From an uncultured Granulicatella sp. (lineage in GTDB: Bacteria > Bacillota > Bacilli > Lactobacillales > Aerococcaceae): a DNA stretch of 64,000 nucleotides. Below the pieces are notes generated by a model. The model saw only the letters and a list, made by a program, of their open reading frames with translations, was not told where the DNA came from and searched no databases. Positions 41,893-52,600 of the stretch are shown piece after piece. Each line of letters starts with the position of its first letter. Within the stretch, counting starts at the first letter, position 1. Where the stretch lies: assembly GCF_963521425.1 (NCBI RefSeq), contig NZ_CAUQUN010000005.1, positions 15,090-79,089 of the forward strand, written 5' to 3'. The position numbers and the translations under genes are program-made.

Positions 41893-41985
41893 AATATTAC
41901 TCATCATGCCAACTTAAATGGTGTTGGTGTTATTTTAGATTTGAATTGATAGTCAAAATTTGCTTATTACCCAAGGTGATTATAA

Positions 41986-42144
41986 ATGATAACAGTATTT
42001 GTATTTGTTATAGGTTTGATTTCAGTGACAATAAGTATTGTATTAGTATATAAAAAGAAGATTCAAGAATTTAATCCAATGAGTTTTTTAATATTTGTAT
42101 TAATATTAATATTTATTTTAGCTGTAGTTTCAATGCAACATTGA
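41986..42144 (+). CDS. Small 2-TM membrane protein (52 aa; absent from the ORF track)
   Basis: AAGGTGA RBS; MITVFVFVIGLISVTISIVLVYKKKIQEFNPMSFLIFVLILIFILAVVSMQH. Confidence 0.55.
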   Translation: MITVFVFVIGLISVTISIVLVYKKKIQEFNPMSFLIFVLILIFILAVVSMQH

Positions 42145-42203
42145 AGTAACTCTTGAATAAATTTTACTTAATAGATGTAATATGAATGTTTGGAGGGATT
42201 GAT

Positions 42204-42380
42204 ATGAAGTTTTATGAAATAATCATCTATATTACTTTTATATTTTTAGCCTTATTAGTTTGGTTTACCAATATTCTCGATTCATTTCCATTTCTTAAAC
42301 CAGTAATTGTTATATTTTGTATTGCTAGTTTTTACTACAATGTTATATTCCCAAGAAACAAAGACATGGATATAAAATAA
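42204..42380 (+). CDS. Small 2-TM membrane protein (58 aa)
   Basis: GGAGG RBS; MKFYEIIIYITFIFLALLVWF... Confidence 0.6.
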   Translation: MKFYEIIIYITFIFLALLVWFTNILDSFPFLKPVIVIFCIASFYYNVIFPRNKDMDIK

Positions 42381-42392
42381 TGAAGGAATAAT

Positions 42393-42433
42393 TGAAGCGA
42401 CCTCAAAAAATTAAACTTTTTGGGGTCGCTTCA
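42393..42433. terminator. Bidirectional terminator hairpin resembling fused IS3-type ends
   Basis: TGAAGCGACCTCAAAAAA-TTAAAC-TTTTTGGGGTCGCTTCA. Confidence 0.6.
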
Positions 42434-42439
42434 TCTTTT

Positions 42440-44692
42440 TTATTTTTCCAATTTAGATAATTTATGATTCAATCGCAATGCGTTTAGCACAACTGATACG
42501 GAACTGAAACTCATCGCTGCTCCTGCAATCATTGGACTTAATAGTGGACCTCCAAAGAAATGTAAGACGCCCATTGCTACTGGAATTCCAATTACATTAT
42601 AAATAAATGCCCAGAATAAATTTTCTTTAATCGTCATCATTGTCATTTTGCTTAATTGAATCGTTTTAGCCACTAATCTTAAATCATCTTGCATCATGAC
42701 CATATCGGCAGTTTCAATGGCAACATCTACTCCAGATCCAATCGCAATTCCGACTGTTGCTTTAGCAAGTGCAGGTGCATCATTAATGCCGTCTCCTACC
42801 ATGGCTACTTGATAGCCTTCGTCTAATAATTGTTGGACAACACTTGCTTTTTCATTTGGTAATACTTGACTATATACTGTCTCAATTCCTACTTCATTCG
42901 CAATTGCTTTGGCTGTTTTTTCATGATCTCCTGTTACCATTCTAACTTGAAGCCCTAATGCTTTCATTTGTTGGATTGCTTCTTTACTAGTTGCTTTAAT
43001 CGTATCCGCAACTACAATAATTCCGGCTACTTGTTTTTGAATGGCTACGAACATCGCTGTTTGCCCCTGAGAAGCGACTCCATCAATCACTGTATTATAA
43101 TCATCTACCGCAATTCCTTGATTTTGTAATAATAAATGATTTCCTAGTAACACTTCTTTTCCATCTACAGTTCCTTGAATTCCCATACCAGAAATAGATT
43201 GGAATTGTTCAATTGGTAAAACGTCAAACTCTCGTTTTTCAGCTTCTTCCACGATGGCTTTTCCTAATGGATGTTCAGAATGTTTTTCAATTGATGCTGC
43301 TATGTTTAGTACTTCTTCTTTTGAATAATCGTTGAATACTTGAATATCGACTACTTTAGGTTTACCGTTTGTAATCGTTCCTGTTTTATCTAGTAAAACA
43401 ACACCTACATGTCCAGCTTCTTCTAAAGCCGCACTACTCTTAATTAAAATCCCTCTTTTAGCACCGAAACCTGTTCCTACCATAATGGCAGTTGGAGTGG
43501 CTAATCCTAACGCACATGGACATGCAATGACTAACACAGAAATCATCACGGTTACGACAAATTCAAAAGATTCTCCACCAATCAATCCCCAATATAGACC
43601 TGCTAAGAGAGATAATCCCATTACGATTGGAACAAAAATTCCGGCTACACGGTCTGCAATAGCAGCAATTGGAGCTTTAGATCCTTGGGCTTCTTCTACT
43701 AAACGAATAATTTGAGATAATGTTGTATCTTTCCCAACTTGGCTCACTTCTACTTGGAATGAACCAGTTGTATTCAACGTAGCACCAACCACTTTGCTTC
43801 CTTCTTTTTTGAATACTGGTACACTTTCACCTGTAATCATGGATTCATCAACAAAGCTCTCTCCAGAAAGAATGACACCATCAACAGGAATTTTTTCACC
43901 TGGTCGAACGAAGACTACTTCGCCAACTTGTAATTCCTCTACTGGAACCTCAACTTCTTTTCCATCACGAATGACTGTTGCCACTTTTGGAGATAAAGCA
44001 ACTAACGATTGAATCGCCTGAGAAGTTCTTCCTTTTGTTAAAGTTTCAAAATATTTTCCTACGGTAATAAAAGCTAAAATCACTGCTGCAGATTCTACAT
44101 AGAGATGCATCACATAATGATGCTCTCCACCAAAAATACGAATGGTACTCCATACACTATATAAAATGGCAGCACTCGTTCCCAGTGCGACTAATGAATC
44201 CATATTCGGATGCTTTCTAATCAATGCCTTAAATCCATTCACAAAATAACTACGACCCACCCATAAAATAGGAGTTACTAAAATCAATTGCGTTACAGAA
44301 AATACAATTGGATGTTCCATCGGTTGTAAGATTTGTGGGAGAGGAAGTCCAATCATTTCACCCATCGCAATATAAAGTAATACAATGGCAAACACACCTG
44401 ATACCCATGCTCTTACTTTAAGTGATTGCAATTGTTTTTCTTTTTTAATTGCTGTTTTTTCTAACACATCTTCTTCATCATTTATCAATATAGCCTGATA
44501 TCCAGCTAGAGAAACAGTTTCAATAATTTTTTGTACATCTGCTTCCTTTGGATTAAATTGCACCATCATTTTTTCAGTTGCTAAATTCACATTGGCTTCT
44601 TTAACGCCTGGAAGATCTCGGACAACTTTTTCAACCGTACTGACACAACCTGCACATTGTAATCCTTCTAATGCAAATTCTTCTTTCTTCAT
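42440..44692 (-). CDS. copA: Cu(I)-exporting P1B-type ATPase
   Basis: CAGC metal-binding domain, TGES, CPC, DKTGT, SEHPL, GDGIND, YN..MSFSS. Confidence 0.95.
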   Translation of the reverse strand: MKKEEFALEGLQCAGCVSTVEKVVRDLPGVKEANVNLATEKMMVQFNPKEADVQKIIETVSLAGYQAILINDEEDVLEKTAIKKEKQLQSLKVRAWVSGVFAIVLLYIAMGEMIGLPLPQILQPMEHPIVFSVTQLILVTPILWVGRSYFVNGFKALIRKHPNMDSLVALGTSAAILYSVWSTIRIFGGEHHYVMHLYVESAAVILAFITVGKYFETLTKGRTSQAIQSLVALSPKVATVIRDGKEVEVPVEELQVGEVVFVRPGEKIPVDGVILSGESFVDESMITGESVPVFKKEGSKVVGATLNTTGSFQVEVSQVGKDTTLSQIIRLVEEAQGSKAPIAAIADRVAGIFVPIVMGLSLLAGLYWGLIGGESFEFVVTVMISVLVIACPCALGLATPTAIMVGTGFGAKRGILIKSSAALEEAGHVGVVLLDKTGTITNGKPKVVDIQVFNDYSKEEVLNIAASIEKHSEHPLGKAIVEEAEKREFDVLPIEQFQSISGMGIQGTVDGKEVLLGNHLLLQNQGIAVDDYNTVIDGVASQGQTAMFVAIQKQVAGIIVVADTIKATSKEAIQQMKALGLQVRMVTGDHEKTAKAIANEVGIETVYSQVLPNEKASVVQQLLDEGYQVAMVGDGINDAPALAKATVGIAIGSGVDVAIETADMVMMQDDLRLVAKTIQLSKMTMMTIKENLFWAFIYNVIGIPVAMGVLHFFGGPLLSPMIAGAAMSFSSVSVVLNALRLNHKLSKLEK

Positions 44693-44714
44693 GATTAACA
44701 ACTCCTTCTTACTA

Positions 44715-44924
44715 TTATGCTAATTCAGCTTGATATCCTGCTTTTGATACAGCTTCTATAATTTTTTGTTCCTCTACTTTATCTTGTAGAAATTCTACAG
44801 TCAGCTTTTTAGCTTCGAAATCAACACTTGCTTTTTCAACACCTGAAACAGCACTTACTGCATTTTCAACAGCTTTCGCACAACCTGAACATTTTAATCC
44901 TTCTACTTTAAATTCTTTTATCAT
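44715..44924 (-). CDS. copZ: Copper chaperone
   Basis: GLKCSGC HMA motif, 69 aa from ATG 44924. Confidence 0.9.
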   Translation of the reverse strand: MIKEFKVEGLKCSGCAKAVENAVSAVSGVEKASVDFEAKKLTVEFLQDKVEEQKIIEAVSKAGYQAELA

Positions 44925-44945
44925 TTTAAAAACCGCCTTTCTTAA

Positions 44946-45000
44946 ATTTACATTTGTAAACTTCATAAATTTATTATACCTCTTATTTTAAAAAAGTCAA
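44946..45000 (-). promoter_or_regulatory. copZA promoter with a cop box
   Basis: TTGACT/TATAAT; ATTTACATTTGTAAAC (44946-44961) fits the CopY box TACAnnTGTA with flanks. Confidence 0.75.
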
Positions 45001-45039
45001 CAGAAAAAAAGGAAGACTAAAAAGTCTTCCCTAGAAATG

Positions 45040-46281
45040 TTATTCTACTAATTCAGGACGAACGTTAATTACTCGTCCTTCTTTTTTCCATTGACGGAAT
45101 TCTGCTGCTGCTGTGAATAAAACATCTGTTGATGAATTTAAGGCAGTTTCACAAGAATCTTGGATTACCCCAATAATAAATCCAACCCCAACAACTTGCA
45201 TCGCAATATCATTTGAAATTCCGAATAAACTACATGCAACAGGAATTAATAATAATGATCCACCTGTTACCCCAGAAGCACCGCATGCTGCTACTGTTGA
45301 TAATACACTTAGCACTAAAGCTGTTAAGAAGTCTACTTGAATTCCTAAAGTATTAACGGCTGCTAGTGATAATACTGTAATTGTAATTGCTGCACCCGCC
45401 ATATTAACCGTTGCCCCTAGAGGAATAGATACTGAATAGCTATCTTCATCTAATCCTAAATCTCTACATAATTCCATGTTTACTGGAATATTTGCTGCTG
45501 AACTACGAGTAAAGAATGCTGTAATTCCACTATCTTTCAAGCAACGGAATACTAATGGATATGGATTTTCTTTAATCATAAAGAATACAATAATCGGATT
45601 CATTATTAATGCTACAAAGAACATACTTCCAACTAGCACTAAAATTAACTCACCATAATTCGCAAATACCCCTACTCCATTTTCTGAAACAGTTGTATAA
45701 ACTAATCCCATAATCCCAAATGGAGCAAAACTAATGACTACTTTAACAACATGACTTGTTGCATCTGCCACTTGTTGTAAAAATGATTTTGTAGTTTCAT
45801 CTGCTTTACGAAACGCAAAACCAAATACAACTGCCCAAGATAAAATACCAATATAGTTCCCACTCATTAAAGCATTCACTGGATTATCTACTAATTTTAA
45901 AATTAATGTTTGTAATACAGAAGCGATTCCTTCTGGTGCTTTAATTTCTGACACTGTATCTGTTAATGTTAATGTAATTGGAAATGCAAAACTAACAAGA
46001 ACTCCCACTAATGCTGCTGCAAAAGTTCCAAACAAATATAATATAACAATTGATTTCATATTTGTTTCATGTCCTTCTTTATGTTGTGCTAAAGCACTTA
46101 ACACAATAAAGAATACTAATAATGGTGCGATTGCTTTTAACGCACTTACGAATACTGTTCCGATAGTTCCTACCGCTGCTGCTTGAGGAACGAAAATTCC
46201 TAATAAAATACCGATAATCATACCAATAACGATTCGGTTAATCAAACTTAATTGATTCCAAAAATTTAATACTTGTTTCAT
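45040..46281 (-). CDS. sstT: Serine/threonine transporter (DAACS family)
   Basis: [35 protein letters not shown]. Confidence 0.93.
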   Translation of the reverse strand: MKQVLNFWNQLSLINRIVIGMIIGILLGIFVPQAAAVGTIGTVFVSALKAIAPLLVFFIVLSALAQHKEGHETNMKSIVILYLFGTFAAALVGVLVSFAFPITLTLTDTVSEIKAPEGIASVLQTLILKLVDNPVNALMSGNYIGILSWAVVFGFAFRKADETTKSFLQQVADATSHVVKVVISFAPFGIMGLVYTTVSENGVGVFANYGELILVLVGSMFFVALIMNPIIVFFMIKENPYPLVFRCLKDSGITAFFTRSSAANIPVNMELCRDLGLDEDSYSVSIPLGATVNMAGAAITITVLSLAAVNTLGIQVDFLTALVLSVLSTVAACGASGVTGGSLLLIPVACSLFGISNDIAMQVVGVGFIIGVIQDSCETALNSSTDVLFTAAAEFRQWKKEGRVINVRPELVE

Positions 46282-46444
46282 CTTATTGCCCCTATTCTAT
46301 TTATATAGCGACAATCATACACAAACAAACCCTATTCTGTCAATAAAAATCCACGAATTAGATACATTTGTATCTGTATAGAAAACACTTCTTTTTCACT
46401 GCTTTTGAGAGGAAGAAATATAAAATTTTTAATGATATGACTTT

Positions 46445-46550
46445 TCTACGCCATTTTGAAGATTTTGGCTATGAAAAATTAGCGATGGCGAGATTAATCT
46501 ACGCCATTTTTGACGTTTTGGCGTAGAAAAACTAAAATTGGCGAGATTAG
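46445..46550. repeat. Tandem duplication of a 53-bp hairpin-containing unit
   Basis: Units 46445-46497 and 46498-46550, each TCTACGCCA...TGGC...TGGCGAGATTA. Confidence 0.75.
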
Positions 46551-46603
46551 CCTCTATAAACACAAAAAACTACCGAGCCCATTTACTCGATAGTTACTAT
46601 ATA

Positions 46604-47968
46604 TTATTCTTCTATTTCTTCTTCGTTTTCTTCTTGTTCGTACGCTTCTACTTCTTCTGGAGTTAGTAAGTGTACATGAATACGACGAATTCTTCCATTT
46701 TCTACTAAAGTTGGTTTTAATAGAACATTTTCTTGACGAACTTCTACTACTTCGTCATCTTCAGGAAAATACCCTAATTCTTCTAAAATAATTCCCGCCA
46801 TCGTATCCACTTCATCTGAATCAATCGTTGTTTGGAATATTTGATTGAATTTTTCTAATGTCATTCCCGCATCAATTAAGAAATTCTTCTCATCAATTTC
46901 ACGGTAACTCATTTCTTCCACATCATACTCATCTTCAATTTCTCCGACGATTTCTTCAATTAAGTCTTCCAATGTCACAACACCTTCAACTCCACCATAT
47001 TCGTCTTTTAAAATCGCCATATGTTGACGTGTTTTTCTAAATTCTACTAATAAATCATCTACGAAAATTGTTGAAGGAACAAATAATGGCTGATGCGCTA
47101 AATCCATTAATTGGATTTGATCAAAACCTTGTTCTTTTGCTGCTCTTAAAACGTCTTTAGAATGTAAAACTCCAATGACATTATCTTTATCTTCTTCATA
47201 AATTGGGAAACGTGAATAAGAACTACTTAAAATGATTTCGATATTTTCTGCTAAATCATCTTCCACATCAAGCATTAATGTGTCCGTTCTTGGTACCATC
47301 ACTTCTCTAGCTAATTTTGAATCAAGAGATAAGACCCCTTGAAGCATGGTGAATTCTTCTTTATCGATTGCACCATCATTGCGACTATTCGCTAGAAGAA
47401 AATTCATTTCACTACGTGTTAATTTTTCTTGTTCATTATTAAATTCAATCGGTGTCATTCGTTTTAAAATGCCTGTTGAAACGGTTAAAATCCAAACAAA
47501 TGGTTTAGATATCTTTTTGACAAATAAAATAATTCCTGCCGTATGTAAGGCAATCGGTTCTGCCAATTGTAAGGCAACTTGTTTTGGATATAATTCCCCA
47601 AACACTAATGTTAAATACGATAAGATTACGGTCACAATTAGTATTGCTAGCGTTTCTGCACCCGGTACATTTTCCAATAATGGTTGAATACGCGAAGCAA
47701 AACTGGTTGCGGCAGAAGCACTCGAGAAGAACCCTGCTAAAGTAATCGCTACTTGAATAGTTGCTAAAAATTCATCCGAATTTTCTAATAAACGTATTAC
47801 TCGTTGCGCCTTTTTATCTCCTTCACTCGCTTTTTGACTCATCTTTCCTTGATTGACCGATACAAAGGCAATCTCCGCCGCTGCAAAAAATGCATTTATG
47901 GCAGTTAATAGTACAATAATTAAAATCTGGATTCCCAGCGAACTCCCATCAGAATCTGCTGTCATCAT
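46604..47968 (-). CDS. HlyC/CorC (CNNM) family transporter, DUF21-CBS-CorC
   Basis: FFAAAEIA, GELYPK, MVPRT, DEYGGVEGVVTLEDLIEEIVG. Confidence 0.92.
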   Translation of the reverse strand: MMTADSDGSSLGIQILIIVLLTAINAFFAAAEIAFVSVNQGKMSQKASEGDKKAQRVIRLLENSDEFLATIQVAITLAGFFSSASAATSFASRIQPLLENVPGAETLAILIVTVILSYLTLVFGELYPKQVALQLAEPIALHTAGIILFVKKISKPFVWILTVSTGILKRMTPIEFNNEQEKLTRSEMNFLLANSRNDGAIDKEEFTMLQGVLSLDSKLAREVMVPRTDTLMLDVEDDLAENIEIILSSSYSRFPIYEEDKDNVIGVLHSKDVLRAAKEQGFDQIQLMDLAHQPLFVPSTIFVDDLLVEFRKTRQHMAILKDEYGGVEGVVTLEDLIEEIVGEIEDEYDVEEMSYREIDEKNFLIDAGMTLEKFNQIFQTTIDSDEVDTMAGIILEELGYFPEDDEVVEVRQENVLLKPTLVENGRIRRIHVHLLTPEEVEAYEQEENEEEIEE

Positions 47969-48186
47969 TCAGTTATCCCCTTTACTTTGTTAATTTTTTA
48001 AAAATATACAAATATCATACTCACTTTTGTGTGAAAATGCAAGATATGTCCATTATATAGAGATTTTTGCTCCCTATTTTAATAAATTTCTCGTTACTTT
48101 TTAATCAAAAAGTGGTATTATCAATAATGAAAACGTGTCTATATTTTACAAAACACGAAAATTGATTTCAAGAAAGGGGCATGTCT

Positions 48187-48825
48187 ATGCTATTAAAATC
48201 ACTTGTTATTCCTAAAAAGAGTTTAACGGTTGTTAAAGAATCTTGTACTCTTGAAGAAGCGATTGTTATTTTAGAAAACTCTGGATATCGTTGCGTTCCA
48301 GTTTTAGATGAAACAGAAACTTTCTTCCGTGGAAATATTTATAAAATGCACATCTATCGTCATAAAGCAAATGGAGGCGATATGAGCTTACCGGTTACTC
48401 ATTTAATTAAAAACACTACGAAATTTATTAATATTACGAGTTCGTTCTTCAAAGTGTTCTTTACGATTAAGGAATTACCTTATATTGCTGTGTTAGATGA
48501 TTCGCAACGTTTTTATGGTATTTTAACGCATAGTAGTTTATTAAATATGCTTCAAGAGTCTTGGAGTGTGAATAATGGTTCTTTTGTTTTAACAATTATT
48601 TCTGGTGGAGAAAAGGGATCATTAGCTCAAATTTCTAAGATTATTAATCAATATGCTTCTATTGCCAATGTTATGACATTAGATACAGAGAAAGATCGTT
48701 CGCTTCGTCGTCTGTTAATTACTCTTCCAGCAGGAGTTTCAAACGAAACATTGAATCAAATTGTTGCAGCCCTAGAGAAAAAAGATTTCTCAATTGCTGA
48801 AGTGGAAGATTTGAACGACTACTAG
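48187..48825 (+). CDS. cbpA: c-di-AMP binding CBS-domain protein CbpA
   Basis: GYRCVPVLD...GNIYKMHIY, ELPYIAV, ACT-like C-terminus. Confidence 0.8.
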   Translation: MLLKSLVIPKKSLTVVKESCTLEEAIVILENSGYRCVPVLDETETFFRGNIYKMHIYRHKANGGDMSLPVTHLIKNTTKFINITSSFFKVFFTIKELPYIAVLDDSQRFYGILTHSSLLNMLQESWSVNNGSFVLTIISGGEKGSLAQISKIINQYASIANVMTLDTEKDRSLRRLLITLPAGVSNETLNQIVAALEKKDFSIAEVEDLNDY

Positions 48826-48843
48826 ACGGTTAGACAATTAGAC

Positions 48844-49016
48844 AAAAATAAAAACAGAAAAAGTCTACGCTTGAGTAGCTAGGGACGCTAGTAGCCTCGC
48901 TTTGCGAGTCTCTTAGCTAAAAATTGAGCCTCGGTCTCAATTTTTCCCGTACTATAAGCCCGTGCGGCTTATAGTACCAAAGCTACAGCGCTCCAACTTT
49001 TTCTGTTTTTATTTTT
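48844..49016 (+). repeat. Multi-hairpin repeat family, copy B
   Basis: Same architecture as copy A with compensatory substitutions. Confidence 0.9.
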
Positions 49017-49253
49017 TGTGTGCCTTTGAGTTATCTCAACTTTAAAAATTATTTTCTTCAGTATATCTGACTCCCATCATAACCATAGTTCCTCTCATGT
49101 CCTGTAAAAACGACTTACATCGTGCCTTTACATTTTTGACACTTATCTTTTTGAAAGTACGCTGAATGAGTTATTTTAGTCAAACAATCTAGAAACCTTT
49201 AATTAGTATTTTACTCAAATAGGAGTTATTTATCGTAAAAGATCATTCCATGT

Positions 49254-49421
49254 AAATAAATCAGAAAAAGATGGAGCTTTGTAGCTTGAGTAATATAAGC
49301 CTTCTCGGCTTATATTACAGGAAAAAACGAGACCTTAGGCTCGTTTTTTAGCCATGAGATTCGCAAAGCGAAGCTGCTGGCGTCCTTAGCTACCAAAGCG
49401 TAATCTTTTTCTGCTTTATTT
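49254..49421 (-). repeat. Multi-hairpin repeat family, copy C (inverted)
   Basis: Reverse-complement homologue of A and B. Confidence 0.9.
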
Positions 49422-49457
49422 TTTCGCACTCTCCTTCACCTTATTTCCAAAGTGAAT

Positions 49458-49618
49458 GAAAATGAAAATACTAATAGCCGTAGCATTGGTGATATAAGCC
49501 AGATTGGCTTATATCACTGAGAAATTCGAGACCTAGGCTCGAATTTTAGCCATGAGATTCGCAAAGCGAAGCTGCTGACGTCCATTTGCTACAGCTATTT
49601 TTAGTTGTTTTCTATTTC
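49458..49618 (-). repeat. Multi-hairpin repeat family, copy D (inverted, tandem with C)
   Basis: Reverse-complement homologue; outer arms diverged. Confidence 0.85.
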
Positions 49619-49630
49619 TATTTTTTATTT

Positions 49631-52600
49631 TTAATCAACAGACTTCAAAGCCTCTAACATATCAACCTTTTTCAACATATGGTTCACTAATATCCCTAGC
49701 ACTGCTAAAATCAAAACGATAAAAATACACGGCCAAATATAAACATCGATGCCAACTTGCGGATTAAACCGTACAAACGCAGGCGCCACCGCTTCAATAA
49801 TCACACGATGCAATACTTTTCCCAACAACAGTCCCACTCCAATTCCAATCAAAGAAAGAACCATCGTTTCACGATAAATATATAAAGTCACCTCTCGATT
49901 CAAAAAACCTAACACCTTAATGGTCGACAATTCCCGAATCCGCTCCGCCACATTAATCGTTGTTAAATTGTATAAAATAACAATAGCTAACAGAACCGAC
50001 ACAATCGTTAATAAAATCATCACTCGACTCAATGAACCAACAATTGTTTCAATCCGATGAATCATAGAAGTATTTTGAACAACGGCCTTCACTCCATCTT
50101 GAGCTAATAATTGAGCAGACATTTTACGTACACTATCCGCATCTTTTTCTTTAAAACTAACAAAGCTTGCGTTTTTTGTTGGAGTCTCTTGAGCCAGTGT
50201 TTCATAAACCGTTGGTGACATGATCATAAAGTGCCCTGCATACATTTCAATAATGCCTGATACAACCATCTCTTTCGTCACACCGTCTTTAATTGGTAAA
50301 CGAACCGTTTCCCCTTCATGAACATTCAATAATTGGGCTAATTTTTTCGACAAGAACACTCCATCATTCGTAAGAGATTTCTGTTGCTTCGTTTTCGCAT
50401 CATACAACTGTAAATAACGACTTAACTCTGCCTCTTCTCCTACTAATAGTGTTAGAGATTGTTCCTCATGTACTCCAGCAATTTTAGTAGCAATCGTTTC
50501 ACTATGTACATCACTATAATGCTCAATTTCTTTTGTTGCTAATAACTGATTCAACGCTTCTTGTTCTTTTTGCGTCATTACAGGTTCTTTGACAACAATG
50601 GCATCATACGTAATAATTTCCCCAAATTGACGATGAGAAATTCCTGATAAAGAAGACAAAATTCCTCTTCCTGCAAATAATAAAGCTACCGAACCAGCTA
50701 CCCCAAATATTGTCATCAACATTCGTTGTTTATAACGGAAAATATTTCGTGCTGTTACCTTTTGAGTAAAACTAAATCTCTTCCAAATAAACGGTATATA
50801 CTCCAACCAAACTTTAGAACCCATACTTGGGGCTTTTGGTAATAGTAAACTTGCCGAACTTTCTTTTAATTCTCGATATGCGATCCATACTGGTGGAATA
50901 ACACTACACCCAATCGAACATAGTAAGGCTACAATCGTAATTCGCAAATTAAACAATAGCGAAATCGAAGGAAGAATCGTTTCTTTTAGTAAAGTGACCC
51001 CTAATACACTTGGTAAAAAGTAAGTTCCTAATCCTATTCCTATCACCGTTCCAATCATTCCCGCACTAAAGCCATAAAAAGCAAATTTTTTCATCACATC
51101 AAAGGTACTATAGCCTAGCGCTTTTAAAATGCCGGCATTCATTCGTTCTTCATTTACAAAACGAGTCATCGTTGTCACCGTCACAAGTGCTGCTACAGCA
51201 TATAATACAACCGGGAATAAATTCGCTACAGAAATAATTCCATCTGCAGTAGACTTCATATTTAAATAACCTTCACTGCCTAGCATGGTCGAGCGAGTAT
51301 AAACAGAATAACGAGGTTTCGTTAGCTTAGAAGCTTTGACTTTTGCATCTTCTAACTCCGTTTCAGCCTGACTAATTTTTTCTTCAGCTTTTTCTTTCTC
51401 CTCTGAATATTGATCTTGTTTTTCAATAAGTTCTTGTTTGGCTTTTGCTATAGCTTCCTCACCAGCAGAAATTTGTCTCTTTCCTTCTGCTAACGCTCTT
51501 TGCCCAGTTTCCAGCGTATCTTGTTTTGCCTGAATAGTTGCTAAGCCCTCTTGGTATTGTTTCAATCCCTCTTGATAACTAGCCCAACCACTCTCGTATT
51601 GGGTTAATCCTTGTTCATAAGCGGTCGTTCCCGCATCCAATTCTTGTTTTTGTTGAAGGATTTTTTCTTGCATAGCAGATAGTGCTGTTTGAGCAATTCC
51701 TTTTTCTTTTTGGAATTCAAATTGTTTTTCTGCTTCCGCTAATTTCTTTTTTCCTTCTTGCAAGGCACTATTTTGTTGCTCCAAAGTTTGTTTAGAATTT
51801 TCTAACTGCTCTCGATTGGCTTCCAGTAACTCAAACTGACTTTGTAAACTTTGTTTCGCTTGTTGAATTTCTTGATTCCCTCTATTTAGAGAGTTCTGAT
51901 TTTGGGCAAGTTCCTTTTGGCTTTGAACTAATTTCCCTTCTTGATTGGCAACTTGTTGTTTCCCATCTTCTAGCTTCGTCTTACCTTCTTCTAGTTGATT
52001 TTGAGCTTTGGAAATTTGTTCTTCTCCCTCTTGAATTTTTCCATCTGCTTCTTCTTTTAAATCATTCAACCTTACTGTTCCATTATCAGATAATTTTTCT
52101 TCAATAGATTGTTGAATACCAATCACTTCATCTACATATTCTTGACTAAATGTTTTCAAACTGCGTAAATTCAGATAACGTAAACGGGCAATCGTATAAA
52201 CAGAGCTATCAAAACTTTCTTGTGGAACAATGGCAAATCCTGACAAGTCTCCACTTCCTGCGGTAGAGACTCCTTTACTATTTTTCGATAAAATTTCACT
52301 CGAATGAGCAAATCCCACAATTTTAAACTCGTGCTGTTTTAATAATGACGGAGATTTCACTTCATTTAAACTGATGGAATCCCCGATTTGATAACGATTG
52401 GATAACTGTTCATCTAATACTACTTCATCAAGATTACTTGGATAAGATCCACTCACTAATTCTACTTCCGATTGCTGAGTAGTTTTAGAAAATACTCGAA
52501 TCGCTTTCGGGCTATCTTCTATCACGGTATCTACAAAATATCCAAATTCAACTTCGGCATTTTCTTCTTGTAATTCTTCTTGGTCTTTTGGACTTAATCC

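Noticed and set aside
46363..46372. Second TACATTTGTA cop-box core upstream of sstT
   Set aside because: Flanks do not fit the extended CopY consensus and it lies upstream of the -35; likely chance.
48844..49618. Clustered repeats as a CRISPR array
   Set aside because: Units are about 165 bp, diverged, in both orientations, without regular spacers or cas genes.
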